A DNA stretch of 42,089 nucleotides from a virus. The stretch is taken from the IMG/VR virus record IMGVR_UViG_3300045988_068238. One strand, given 5' to 3'. Below the pieces are notes generated by a model. The model had not been told where the DNA came from, searched no databases, and saw only the letters and a list, made by a program, of their open reading frames with translations. A program made the translations under genes and the position numbers. Of this stretch, positions 31,983 to 40,759 are shown piece after piece; within the stretch, counting starts at the first letter, position 1, and each line of letters begins with the position of its first letter.

Positions 31983-33646
31983 TACGTAACACCCCTAACA
32001 AGACGCCCGAATTCACGGCTGTTGATGCTGATCGTCTGCGAAGATTTCAGGCAGTCAAGAATCTGTCGCAGAAGATATTCTGTTTCTTCGCTGTTTCGCA
32101 GCGTCTGCGCTTCCCGTTTCGGGACAACCATTTCGCCCTTGTGCAGCTCGGCGATGTAGCCATCAAAAGGCACATAGTCAAGACCGGACGCATGGGAACC
32201 GTTAACACCTGCAACTGCACCTTTGGCGCTGCCATTTACGCTAACATTAGCTGACAAGTCGCCAAACAGATCATTCCAGATTCCCTTAAACCATCCAGTT
32301 AGCTTTTTCCATGCTCCGGCGATGCCGTCAATGATGGAATCAACCACTTTCGCGCCAGCCTTAACGATTTCACCAAGGCTGTTTGCAATGCCCTCCGCGA
32401 TTTTTCCCACAAGCTTTAGGCCAGCAGCAAGAAGATTCGGCGCATTACTAATCAGCGCCCTTAGTAGCCCCGTCACAAGTTCAGCCGCAGCCGCAATCAG
32501 CTTGGGCAAGGCATCAATAAGCCCGGAAACGATGATCGCGACAAGCATTATTGCCGTTTCGACAAGGCTTTCCGGGTCAGATGATATTGATTCGATCAAG
32601 GTAATGACCATATCAACGCCGTACTGAATGATTTGCGGGAGCATCTGAACAAGCCCTTGCAGGATAGCGCCAACCATTGAAATACCAGACTGCACAAGTT
32701 CCGGCAGAACGGTTGTTACAAGTCCCGGTATTGCCGCAGCAACAACAGGCGCAAGCCTTTCAGCAAGCGAACCGATTCCCGTGATGATTTTCCCAAGTCT
32801 CGGCAGGATATTTTCTGCTGCCGTGCCAGTGCTATCAACGAAATTGTTAATCAGCTTGTCCAAATCCTGCGAATCATCGCCGATGCCCGTAAGCAAATTT
32901 GTCCATGCAGATTTCATCGCGGAAAGGCTTCCCTGAATCGTGGTTGATGCTTCCTTCGCGGTCGTTCCAGTGATGCCCATTTCCGTCTGCACGTCGTGAA
33001 TTGCGCTGACAATATCGGCATAGCTGTCAATGCTGTAATTTGTAAGATTGCCCTGCGCAGCATTCAAGGCATTTGCATCGTCAATAAGGCGCTGCATTTC
33101 TTCCTTCGTGCCGCCATAGCCAAGCTTCAGGTTATCCAGCATTGTGTAATTCTGCTTTGCAAATCCCTGATAAGCATTCTGGATGTCACCCATTGCAGTG
33201 CCCATCTTGTTTGCATTATCAGCCATATCAGTGATTGCAAGATCAGCTTGCTTCGCCGCTGCTTCCGTATCACCGCCCAAGCTTTGCAACAGCGCAGCAG
33301 AAAAGCTTGTGACGGTTTCCATGTAGTCATTGGCTGACAAACCGGCAGTCTTATAGGCGTTGTTTGCGTACTGCTTGACAACATCAGCGCTGTCCTTGAA
33401 TAGCGTTTCAACGCCGCCGACAAGCTGTTCATACTCGGCGTATTCTTCAAGTGATTTTTTTGTCAGCGCTCCGACGGCCGTTGCAGCAGCGACAATAGCA
33501 GCAGCACCAAGTTTCGCGGCCGTAGCAAGACCTTTCCCGATCTTGCCGGATAATTTTTCGGCTTTGCTGGAAGATTCGTCAATGTCACCGTTGAATTGGT
33601 CTTTGCCTTTCAAAGCAATGGTTCCAAAAATCTTAAACAATTCCAA
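31982..33646 (-). CDS. Tape measure protein, copy 2 (554 aa)
   Basis: TTG start. MELFKIFGTIALKG N-terminus, long Ala/Leu/Ile helical repeats, and C-terminal HASGLDYVPFDGYIAELHKGEMVVP typical of TMP ends. Confidence 0.75.
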   Translation of the reverse strand: MELFKIFGTIALKGKDQFNGDIDESSSKAEKLSGKIGKGLATAAKLGAAAIVAAATAVGALTKKSLEEYAEYEQLVGGVETLFKDSADVVKQYANNAYKTAGLSANDYMETVTSFSAALLQSLGGDTEAAAKQADLAITDMADNANKMGTAMGDIQNAYQGFAKQNYTMLDNLKLGYGGTKEEMQRLIDDANALNAAQGNLTNYSIDSYADIVSAIHDVQTEMGITGTTAKEASTTIQGSLSAMKSAWTNLLTGIGDDSQDLDKLINNFVDSTGTAAENILPRLGKIITGIGSLAERLAPVVAAAIPGLVTTVLPELVQSGISMVGAILQGLVQMLPQIIQYGVDMVITLIESISSDPESLVETAIMLVAIIVSGLIDALPKLIAAAAELVTGLLRALISNAPNLLAAGLKLVGKIAEGIANSLGEIVKAGAKVVDSIIDGIAGAWKKLTGWFKGIWNDLFGDLSANVSVNGSAKGAVAGVNGSHASGLDYVPFDGYIAELHKGEMVVPKREAQTLRNSEETEYLLRQILDCLKSSQTISINSREFGRLVRGVT

Positions 33647-33681
33647 TGGTTATCAGCCCCTTTCCCATTGGTTTTGATATT

Positions 33682-33707
33682 AAAAAAAGGCCATCAAAAA
33701 GATGGTC
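33682..33707 (-). terminator. Weak terminator-like hairpin between the two tape-measure genes
   Basis: Minus strand reads GACCATC-TTTTT-GATGGCC (one mismatch) followed by seven T. The stem overlaps the TAG stop of TMP1. Confidence 0.35.
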
Positions 33708-35443
33708 TAACGTGTATTCCCTCGCTGCGCATGGGCAAGCCGATTGGATAGCCCCATATCCAGCGCGGGAAGTAGATTCCCCACAAGCGCACCGGAATCA
33801 AGCTCAATGGACTTCGGGATGACCCGTGACAGAAAGTCCATCAGCATCCGGTTTTGGTCGATAAGCGTGTTTATAATGCCGTCGTTCTCGCTTTTTACAG
33901 CGTCCTTGACATATCCCTGTAATAGTGATATGGGCGCAATGGCTTCTTTTCCAGCTTCACCGACACCCTGATAACCCATGCGTGTATTGAAAATCGTTGG
34001 CTTGTCAAATATACCGCCCTCTGCGTTCCACTTAACATTAAAATTCGGCAACTTACCCTTTCCGGCGATTCCGAAAGGCGCTTTGCCGCCTGACACGCTG
34101 ATTTTAGGCACTTTCAGGCCGCTGAATATCTTGCCAATTTTCAAAGGGAAGAACCCCTTGATTTTGTCAACGACACCTTTGACCTTATCCCTTGCAGCGT
34201 CCATCTTGTCTGTGATAGCGCTTTTGATGCTCTCAAAGGTAGCCTTAACCTTTGCGACAGCATCTTTCAGATCACCGAACTTGTTTTTTATCCATTTCAC
34301 GGCTGAACCTGTCGCAGACTTGATTTTCTCCCACATTTTCAGCCAGAAATTTCGGAAGCCCTCGTTGTTCTTCCAAAGGTACAGGAATGCCGCCACAAGC
34401 CCCGCTATCAGGCTTACAACAAACCCGATGGGATTAGCCCTTAGCGCTGCATTAAACAGCAGAATAGCCGCCCTAACGCCTTTTATGGCCTTTGTAGCGG
34501 CAGACATTATAGTGCCCCATTTCAATACCAGAAGAAAAGCGCCAACGCTGACGGTCGCGCCGATAATAACCGCCGCCCAATTATGGATAGCCTGTTTGTT
34601 TTGCTGTATCCATTTTTTCAGGTCTTTGACCTTCTTGATAAATGCTTCAAGCTTTGGAACAGCAGAAGTCACCATTTCGGCAACCTTGGTTTTGATAGCG
34701 GTCAAGATCGGTTCCCCGACCCGGCCAAGCTCCGCAAAGGCGCTTGTTAGCTTCTCCTGCGCTCGGTTCGCATCCATGACATCCTTGTTGGTTTTCTTGT
34801 ACTGTTCGGATGCCTTGGAATATGTGCCGTTCAGCGTTTCCATTATCAGCTTTTGCCGCTCCTGCTCTGTGGAGCACTTTGCAAGCTTTTCATTAAACGC
34901 ATCTTCTGAAATGCCAGCCCAGTTCAAAGCATCCGCAAGCGGGCCAGTTACTTCGCCGACTTTCGCCGTCTCGTTGGCCGCTTCGGTAAGCCCTTCGATG
35001 GGCAGAGAATCGCCGAACGTTGTGAAAACGCCGGTACAGATGTCTGTCCAAGTCTGTAAATCCTTTTCGTTATCGGTCATCACCGCAAGATGGTTTGCAG
35101 CTTCAACAGATACATCCGTATCGCCAAGCACCGCCTGTAAATCCTGATAGGTCTTTTTGGCCGCATCCGTGGAATGGCCGTTTGTTACAAATGCGGTGTC
35201 GAGCTTTCCCATTTCAGTCCGGTATTCCCGCGTTCCTTCAATGGCGGCAATCCACGCGCCGCCCAGCGCTGCGCCCGTTGTGACAATGCCTTTTGCAACG
35301 GTTCCGGCCGCTTTGCCGATTTTCTTGAAGGATTCCGAAGTTTTGCCGCTGGATTTATCGGCTTTTGCCGCTGTATCGTCTATGGCCTGATTTGCCTTTT
35401 CGTTATCAACGGCAATAGTGCCAAGTATTTTGAAAAGTTCCAT
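33707..35443 (-). CDS. Tape measure protein, copy 1 (578 aa)
   Basis: MELFKILGTIAVDN N-terminus, internal TM-like helices, and C-terminal GVGEAGKEAIAPISLL motif typical of TMPs. Confidence 0.8.
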   Translation of the reverse strand: MELFKILGTIAVDNEKANQAIDDTAAKADKSSGKTSESFKKIGKAAGTVAKGIVTTGAALGGAWIAAIEGTREYRTEMGKLDTAFVTNGHSTDAAKKTYQDLQAVLGDTDVSVEAANHLAVMTDNEKDLQTWTDICTGVFTTFGDSLPIEGLTEAANETAKVGEVTGPLADALNWAGISEDAFNEKLAKCSTEQERQKLIMETLNGTYSKASEQYKKTNKDVMDANRAQEKLTSAFAELGRVGEPILTAIKTKVAEMVTSAVPKLEAFIKKVKDLKKWIQQNKQAIHNWAAVIIGATVSVGAFLLVLKWGTIMSAATKAIKGVRAAILLFNAALRANPIGFVVSLIAGLVAAFLYLWKNNEGFRNFWLKMWEKIKSATGSAVKWIKNKFGDLKDAVAKVKATFESIKSAITDKMDAARDKVKGVVDKIKGFFPLKIGKIFSGLKVPKISVSGGKAPFGIAGKGKLPNFNVKWNAEGGIFDKPTIFNTRMGYQGVGEAGKEAIAPISLLQGYVKDAVKSENDGIINTLIDQNRMLMDFLSRVIPKSIELDSGALVGNLLPALDMGLSNRLAHAQRGNTR

Positions 35444-35506
35444 AAGGATAACCCCTTTATGCCCGAATGGTCAGCCCATCAGCCATCAGGAACTTTTATC
35501 AGATTC

Positions 35507-36234
35507 TTATTCTTCTGCAAACAAATCGTCGCAGATCGCTTGAATGTCTTTATCCGTCAGATCGGCATCCGTGCCTTGGCGTTGCCCGTTGCTGCCGATT
35601 CTAAGGACTTTCTTTTTCCAGTCAAGGAACGAATCTTCCGAATAGCTGTGGCAGTACATAATCCATAGCTTCATTTCTTCGTCCTTGTCCATTTCCGCTT
35701 TTTGGCGGTCGTATTCCGATTGAAGGAATCCCGTTACAAACTCCCCAAATCGCCCACGGTTAATATAGGAATTCATCAAGTCCATAGGACATGAATATCT
35801 GTGATATATCATGTCCATGAACTTGAATTCACCGATTAAAGCAATTTGGAAAGCGCCCTGAAAAAACTTGCATTCTTCGCGTCGGCAATGATGTCCCAGA
35901 TCATGCTGGGCGTAGTACCGAACGGCATTTCAGGGATTTCGTCAGCCGGGATGCCGGACAGGTCAGAAAGCAGCGGATAGATTTTATCAGGGATAGCGCT
36001 GACGTTTTTCAGCACGGACACAGCGATTTTGTAAACCACCATGCCGCCGATTTCGTCAACGGACTTTTCGCCGGTTGCAAGCTGCACAAACACATCCGCA
36101 AGGTCATCCGGAAGCGTAGCCGTGATGATATCCAGCATGGGATAAAAGTCTTTGTCCTTCAGGCTGCGCAGCTTATACGGCTTGACTTCTTCCGTTACTT
36201 CTTCAGTCATTTCAATGTTTTCCTTTTTGCTCAT
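35507..36234 (-). CDS. Tail assembly chaperone G-T fusion product (via -1 frameshift at 35860-35866)
   Basis: ORF 35507-35818 is in the -1 frame relative to 35836-36234. That frame stays open back through the slippery site. Confidence 0.7.
35836..36234 (-). CDS. Tail assembly chaperone (G-like)
   Basis: 132 aa acidic protein between the major tail and tape-measure genes. Confidence 0.8.
   Translation of the reverse strand: MSKKENIEMTEEVTEEVKPYKLRSLKDKDFYPMLDIITATLPDDLADVFVQLATGEKSVDEIGGMVVYKIAVSVLKNVSAIPDKIYPLLSDLSGIPADEIPEMPFGTTPSMIWDIIADAKNASFFRALSKLL
35860..35866 (-). promoter_or_regulatory. Programmed -1 ribosomal frameshift slippery heptamer T_TTT_TTC
   Basis: The mRNA reads AGT TTT TTC AGG in the G frame. 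This is an X_XXY_YYZ pattern 8 codons before the G stop. Confidence 0.7.
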
Positions 36235-36258
36235 CGGTTTTATGTTCCTTTCTGGCTG

Positions 36259-36882
36259 TTAAGATGCAGTTTCGATGATGTCCGTGGGCGTGGCGGCAGT
36301 CCAGCCGGTTGCCTTGCGGATAAAGATTGCATACGGCAGTTTGGTCGTGCCATATTCAATATCGGACTGGCAAGCAAAAGTGCCCTTAAACACGGAATTG
36401 TTTTTGTTCTTCGCTTCGGTCGTAAAGCCGGAAGTGCAAAGCGCGTGCTTAAAGATGATGATGATCGGTCTACCATCCGTAAACTTTCCGTAATAGCCGA
36501 AGCCCTCATAGAAGTGACCGGCGCGAAGCTCAGATGAAGTGACAACATCATAATTTTTGTCGGTAGATTCGGTGATCTTTCCGATAGCCAGATGCGCCGC
36601 CAGTTCTGCCGAAAGTTCAGCAATGGAAACTTCCATCTGTGCAGTCTCGCCAACCTTCTGCTGAAGCTCCTTGACTGCCACTGTTGCGCCGTCCAGCTCC
36701 GGCGCGAAGAACTCCGGCGTGATGGTCAGCGTGCCGCCGTCCTGCGTAGCGCCGATGATAGCCGCCTGAATTACTTCAGACGTAGGCGCAGCCGTTTCGC
36801 TGTACGTCACACCCTGAAAATATACGCCAGCCCCGAAAGGAATTTTTGCGGGAGTACCAGAAGTAATACCGCTGTTAGGCAT
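36259..36882 (-). CDS. Major tail protein
   Basis: 207 aa, in the position between the tail terminator and the chaperones. No sequence family recognised; called on position only. Confidence 0.75.
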   Translation of the reverse strand: MPNSGITSGTPAKIPFGAGVYFQGVTYSETAAPTSEVIQAAIIGATQDGGTLTITPEFFAPELDGATVAVKELQQKVGETAQMEVSIAELSAELAAHLAIGKITESTDKNYDVVTSSELRAGHFYEGFGYYGKFTDGRPIIIIFKHALCTSGFTTEAKNKNNSVFKGTFACQSDIEYGTTKLPYAIFIRKATGWTAATPTDIIETAS

Positions 36883-36883
36883 A

Positions 36884-37276
36884 TCAATTCACCTTCCATT
36901 CTTTGATGCTCAAATTGATTTGAATGCTTTTCAGCTCCGCGTCCCCCGTGGGAACGATCAGAGCACCAGCATAAAAAATAGCAACGGCATTGCCGCTGCG
37001 CGCGATGCCCACTTTGCCGGAAACCCGGTTGAAGTGGTGTTCAATTTTGTCTTTGCCGTTTTCAAGTTCAAGCCATGAACCCCGCGAAAAGCCGGTAAGT
37101 ATGACGGTCGTTTCCTGCAAGCCATCTTCGGTGTACGGCTCTGTTTCCGTGTAGCTTCCGACCCAATAGGGATAGACGATTTCGCCTTTGCTGTTACCGC
37201 CGTATTCACCAAAACCATATTCAAGTCCAAGGGATTTCATGGCGCTGTCAATGATGTTCAAAACCTCTTTTGACAT
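36884..37276 (-). CDS. Tail terminator / tail completion protein
   Basis: 130 aa, in the conserved position upstream of the major tail protein. Confidence 0.6.
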   Translation of the reverse strand: MSKEVLNIIDSAMKSLGLEYGFGEYGGNSKGEIVYPYWVGSYTETEPYTEDGLQETTVILTGFSRGSWLELENGKDKIEHHFNRVSGKVGIARSGNAVAIFYAGALIVPTGDAELKSIQINLSIKEWKVN

Positions 37277-37277
37277 A

Positions 37278-37691
37278 TCACTTCATTCCTTCCTTGAAAA
37301 TCTGCTTTGCGCGGTTGATGATCTTGCCTTTCGCGCTGTCAAAAGCCCGCTGAAGCGTCCTGTTCGGCTTTTTGCCGGTGGTGTGATGCCAATTGCCGCT
37401 ATCGTCCTGATAGCTCCAACCGCCTTTTCTACCATCGCCTTTGGCCGCATATTCGCCAGTTCCGAATTCTTCCCAGATAGCATTTTGTTCAGGGCTTCCA
37501 ACCGTTGCTTCACCGGCAGATTCGTTCACTCGGTGATTCCACGACCCTTTAAGCTGTCCGGTATCAACACGGCTATTGCGCTTCGCCTGTGATTCGATTT
37601 CACTTGCAGCTTCTTCCAAGAACCGAATGGCGGTGTCATTAAGTGCAGCTTTGACTTTCACTGAAAAGTCCTGAAATTCCACATCCGCCAT
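37278..37691 (-). CDS. HK97 gp10-family head-tail joining protein
   Basis: AKRNSRVDTGQLKGSWNHRV...GSPEQNAIWEEFGTGEYA is the gp10-family signature. Confidence 0.8.
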   Translation of the reverse strand: MADVEFQDFSVKVKAALNDTAIRFLEEAASEIESQAKRNSRVDTGQLKGSWNHRVNESAGEATVGSPEQNAIWEEFGTGEYAAKGDGRKGGWSYQDDSGNWHHTTGKKPNRTLQRAFDSAKGKIINRAKQIFKEGMK

Positions 37692-37692
37692 A

Positions 37693-38037
37693 TTACTGAC
37701 CCCCTGTGTATTTCAGATAGATTTCAAGCTGACTGCCGCTGCCCATTTCCATCGGATTGTCAATCAGCAGAATGTCATACCGCTTGCCGTTAATGGTCAT
37801 GCGGCTGTTTTCAGCCTGTATGCCATCGGCAAGCGGTACATAGTCTGCAACGAAAATGTGTGTCGATTCCTGAATTTTGGCGTTGAACGTGGTGTACTTG
37901 GAATCACCGGCCTGAAGGTCAAGCCAGCCTTTAAGCGTCTGCTTGTCAACCCATGATTTCACCTGTTCGCCAATTTCATTCTTGGTCACGGCGTAAGTCT
38001 GTATGATCGCTGTGGTGTTGCCGCCGATGCCTTTCAT
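37693..38037 (-). CDS. Head closure / head-tail adaptor protein (SPP1 gp16-like)
   Basis: 114 aa with the INGKRYDILLIDN motif. ATGA overlap with the upstream gene. Confidence 0.7.
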   Translation of the reverse strand: MKGIGGNTTAIIQTYAVTKNEIGEQVKSWVDKQTLKGWLDLQAGDSKYTTFNAKIQESTHIFVADYVPLADGIQAENSRMTINGKRYDILLIDNPMEMGSGSQLEIYLKYTGGQ

Positions 38038-38585
38038 ACCCTCAACCCCTGTCCGAATCTCGCTTTCATGTAGGGCTTCAAAAAGCCCATCAGGGACTTC
38101 GGATATCCCATAATGGAATTATCCCCGTCCATATTGAAATAGGTCACAGAATGCCGGGAAATCGTTTCAGACGAAACACCAACCTTGTCGCGGTTGTTCA
38201 TTTCCCACTTCATCAGATTGGCGCAGCCCATCCGTACATCAGCCGGATAAACAACCTTCGTGACCACGATTCCGCTTTCATCGATCAAGTTTTCCATGAC
38301 CTTGACCGTGTTACCCGAAACGCTTTTTACCGTGACAAGGCAATCGGGCATAAGGTCAGATTCCGTGATTTGCAAAGTGTCACCAGCGCGGAAGGGAACC
38401 ACACCATTGCAAACAATGTCATGGTCTGGCATGGACACGGCAACCGCCCTGAAAGCCCGCTGCTGAAAGTTGTTATTTGTGTATGCCCGAATAAGCAGTT
38501 CAAGTGCCTGAAGCTTTGCTTCAAGCACCTGATCTACATCATCCGTTGTGACATACTGCCGAAGTTCGGCAACAGTCATAATCAT
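38034..38585 (-). CDS. Head-tail connector protein (gp6-like)
   Basis: VAELRQYVTTDDVDQVLEAKLQALELLIRAYTNN is typical of the gp6 connector family. Confidence 0.7.
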   Translation of the reverse strand: MIMTVAELRQYVTTDDVDQVLEAKLQALELLIRAYTNNNFQQRAFRAVAVSMPDHDIVCNGVVPFRAGDTLQITESDLMPDCLVTVKSVSGNTVKVMENLIDESGIVVTKVVYPADVRMGCANLMKWEMNNRDKVGVSSETISRHSVTYFNMDGDNSIMGYPKSLMGFLKPYMKARFGQGLRV

Positions 38586-38893
38586 ACGGCTTCACCCTTC
38601 GCTTTTCTGCCCCGTTTGGGCTTCGGTACTTCCACCGGTTCAGTTTCAGGCTCAGGTTCAGTTTCAGGCTCAGGTTCAGGCTCAGGTTCAGGTTCAGGCT
38701 TGCCGATGCTGTCAAGCCGCCCCTGACACTTTGCCTTGACAGACAGTTCAGAAAGCATGATGAAATCATTGTGGGAAATATTCTCGCGGAATACTTCCCC
38801 CAATGTGAAACCTTCATCATCCCATCTGACAGCGTATGCTTTGCCCCCATCGTACAGATAAGGCAAGCCGTCAATGATGATGAATTCCTGCAT
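38582..38893 (-). CDS. Hypothetical head-module protein with a PE/TE repeat tail
   Basis: 103 aa. C-terminus KPEPEPEPEPEPETEPEPETEPVEVPKPKRGRKAKGE. Confidence 0.6.
   Translation of the reverse strand: MQEFIIIDGLPYLYDGGKAYAVRWDDEGFTLGEVFRENISHNDFIMLSELSVKAKCQGRLDSIGKPEPEPEPEPEPETEPEPETEPVEVPKPKRGRKAKGEAV
38636..38701. repeat. Hexanucleotide tandem repeat (GGTTCA/GGCTCA units) encoding the PE repeat
   Basis: Directly visible 6-nt periodicity with a higher-order repeat GGTTCAGTTTCAGGCTCA. Confidence 0.85.
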
Positions 38894-38905
38894 TTTGGCT
38901 CCCCC

Positions 38906-39934
38906 TTAACCGTTGGACTTAATCATGCCGATTCTGACGTTCTTGGAATTGAACTTCAGGCTGTAGTTCGCGGAAGTGCCCAGCTCGGTCTTGGTCGGGG
39001 ATTCCTTCGCGATGTTGTCCACGGCCAGAGACAGGCCGTTCGGATGCAGCACCTTGCCCTGCTTGGTATAGAACTTATCCGTACCGGCAGAAGTCTCGGG
39101 GTCATAGTTCGTGGTGTACTGCTTCTCGTAGTTATTCTTGTCGCACGACAGAATAGCGCCCTCGCCAAGCAGGAAGGTCTTGTAGACCGGGAATCCGGTA
39201 GTGGAGCTGTCCAGCGTGTAGTAGTCAGTCACCTTGACCACCTTGCCGCCGATGGTCGGAAGCTGGATGTCCTGCTTGATAGCGCCAGAACCAGAAACGA
39301 ACTTCTCATACTCCACGAGACCAAGCTTGCGATACGCGGCATAAATCTTGGAGTGCATGACCATCAGGCCAAGGCCACCGGCCATGTCACCAAGCGCGGC
39401 CTGTTCCGCGTCAATCAGCGTGGTCGCGCTGATTTTGTTCGCGTCACCGATAGTGCCGGTCGTGACAGACAGGTCGGTGACGTGAGTAGACAGAGCAGAC
39501 ACGCCCAGAACAGCGTTGATGATGTTCATCAGCTCATCTTCCCAGACCTGCGTGTAATAGTTCTGGATTTTGCCCTTGATGTAATCCAGCGGCTTCGCGC
39601 CGGTCAGCTCACGGGTGAAATCCTTGGCCTTGAAAGCCTTCATGCGCTGGATCATCATGCACGTCTGCTTGCTGCCGGAAATCTCCTGCGGGGTGTTGTC
39701 GGTCAGGCCGTCGTTGTTCAACGCAGCCATGTTGGTATCATGGATGTTGATGGGCGTATACATGGGGATCGTTGCCACGTTGCCCTTGCTGCCGATCATG
39801 TCCATGATCGAACCATCCTGACGGATAACGCCGGACGCAAGAACGGGATTACTCCAATAATCCGCTTCCTGCATCATGTCAGTGAAAACTTCTTCATCGA
39901 AAGAAAAACCACCAAAAAGGCCAGTTCTCGCCAT
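38906..39934 (-). CDS. Major capsid protein
   Basis: 342 aa, directly after the scaffold gene. No sequence family recognised; called on size and position only. Confidence 0.8.
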   Translation of the reverse strand: MARTGLFGGFSFDEEVFTDMMQEADYWSNPVLASGVIRQDGSIMDMIGSKGNVATIPMYTPINIHDTNMAALNNDGLTDNTPQEISGSKQTCMMIQRMKAFKAKDFTRELTGAKPLDYIKGKIQNYYTQVWEDELMNIINAVLGVSALSTHVTDLSVTTGTIGDANKISATTLIDAEQAALGDMAGGLGLMVMHSKIYAAYRKLGLVEYEKFVSGSGAIKQDIQLPTIGGKVVKVTDYYTLDSSTTGFPVYKTFLLGEGAILSCDKNNYEKQYTTNYDPETSAGTDKFYTKQGKVLHPNGLSLAVDNIAKESPTKTELGTSANYSLKFNSKNVRIGMIKSNG

Positions 39935-39953
39935 AATAAATTACCTCATTTCT

Positions 39954-40613
39954 TTAGTTTCCTTTGTACTGGTTGTACAATTCTTCGTTTTCCGCTTTGA
40001 GTTTTGAGCGCTCTGCAACGCCCATCTTACGGAACTGTTCAAGCGTAACAGTCTCGCTGCCACCCGTAGGCGGCAAACTGCCATCAAGGAATTTGCGGTT
40101 ACCTTCGTTTTCAAACTGGTTGGGAAACTGCGTTTTCAGTTCGGAAATAAGGTCTTTCCATCCCTTGATGTTGTCTGCATCATCAAGTTCAAGCTTCTTG
40201 CCGTCCTCTTTCATCTTGTTTTCAAGCTTGAAAGACAGGTAATCCACATCAAGCGCCTTTTCGGACAAAAGCGCCACCTTGATTGCAGATTTGATTTTCG
40301 TCTCCTGAAGCTGCTCCTGAAGCTGCTGAATCTGCCCTTCGTAGTTTGTGATCTTGCCCTGAAGTTCTTCGTTGCCCTTAGTGCCTTTTTTCAGGTCGGC
40401 AATCAGGCCGTTTGCCGTGTCAAGCTCGGCAGTCTTGCCGTCAAGCAGCGCCTGAAGCGCGTCATACTTGCCTTTGCCGACATACTCGCCGCCGCCAAGG
40501 TTGGCAAGCTTGATCTGCTTGTCCTTGTTGGCTTCGTCACCGTTATAGGCGTTCAGTTTTTCCGCAAACTGGCTGAACAGTTCTTCGCCCAAAATTGCTT
40601 TCAAGAATTCCAT
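39954..40613 (-). CDS. Scaffolding protein (phage GP20-like)
   Basis: MEFLKAILGEELFSQFAEKLNAY...KLANLGGGEYVGKGKYDAL is typical of GP20 scaffolds. Helical and acidic. Confidence 0.8.
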   Translation of the reverse strand: MEFLKAILGEELFSQFAEKLNAYNGDEANKDKQIKLANLGGGEYVGKGKYDALQALLDGKTAELDTANGLIADLKKGTKGNEELQGKITNYEGQIQQLQEQLQETKIKSAIKVALLSEKALDVDYLSFKLENKMKEDGKKLELDDADNIKGWKDLISELKTQFPNQFENEGNRKFLDGSLPPTGGSETVTLEQFRKMGVAERSKLKAENEELYNQYKGN

Positions 40614-40728
40614 GTTTATCCTTTCTTGCCGCTGTTTTTAAGCGTGGTGTCTCCACTGGCAAGCACTTTGTTAAATCCGGGAGTGCGCCGGAAAATGGGA
40701 GCAGTTTTAACGCCATGCTCGGGGCGTG

Positions 40729-40756
40729 AAAAAGGCACAGTGCAAAGCACCGCGCC
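40729..40756 (-). terminator. Rho-independent terminator after the endolysin gene
   Basis: Minus strand reads GGCGCGGTGC-TTT-GCACTGTGCC (two G-U pairs) followed by TTTTT, directly after the TAA at 40760-40762. Confidence 0.65.
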
Positions 40757-40759
40757 TTT

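Noticed and set aside
38636-38701. Short periodic repeat that could be mistaken for a CRISPR-like or regulatory array
   Set aside because: The period is 6 nt with no spacers. It lies in frame inside a CDS and simply encodes a PE/TE repeat.
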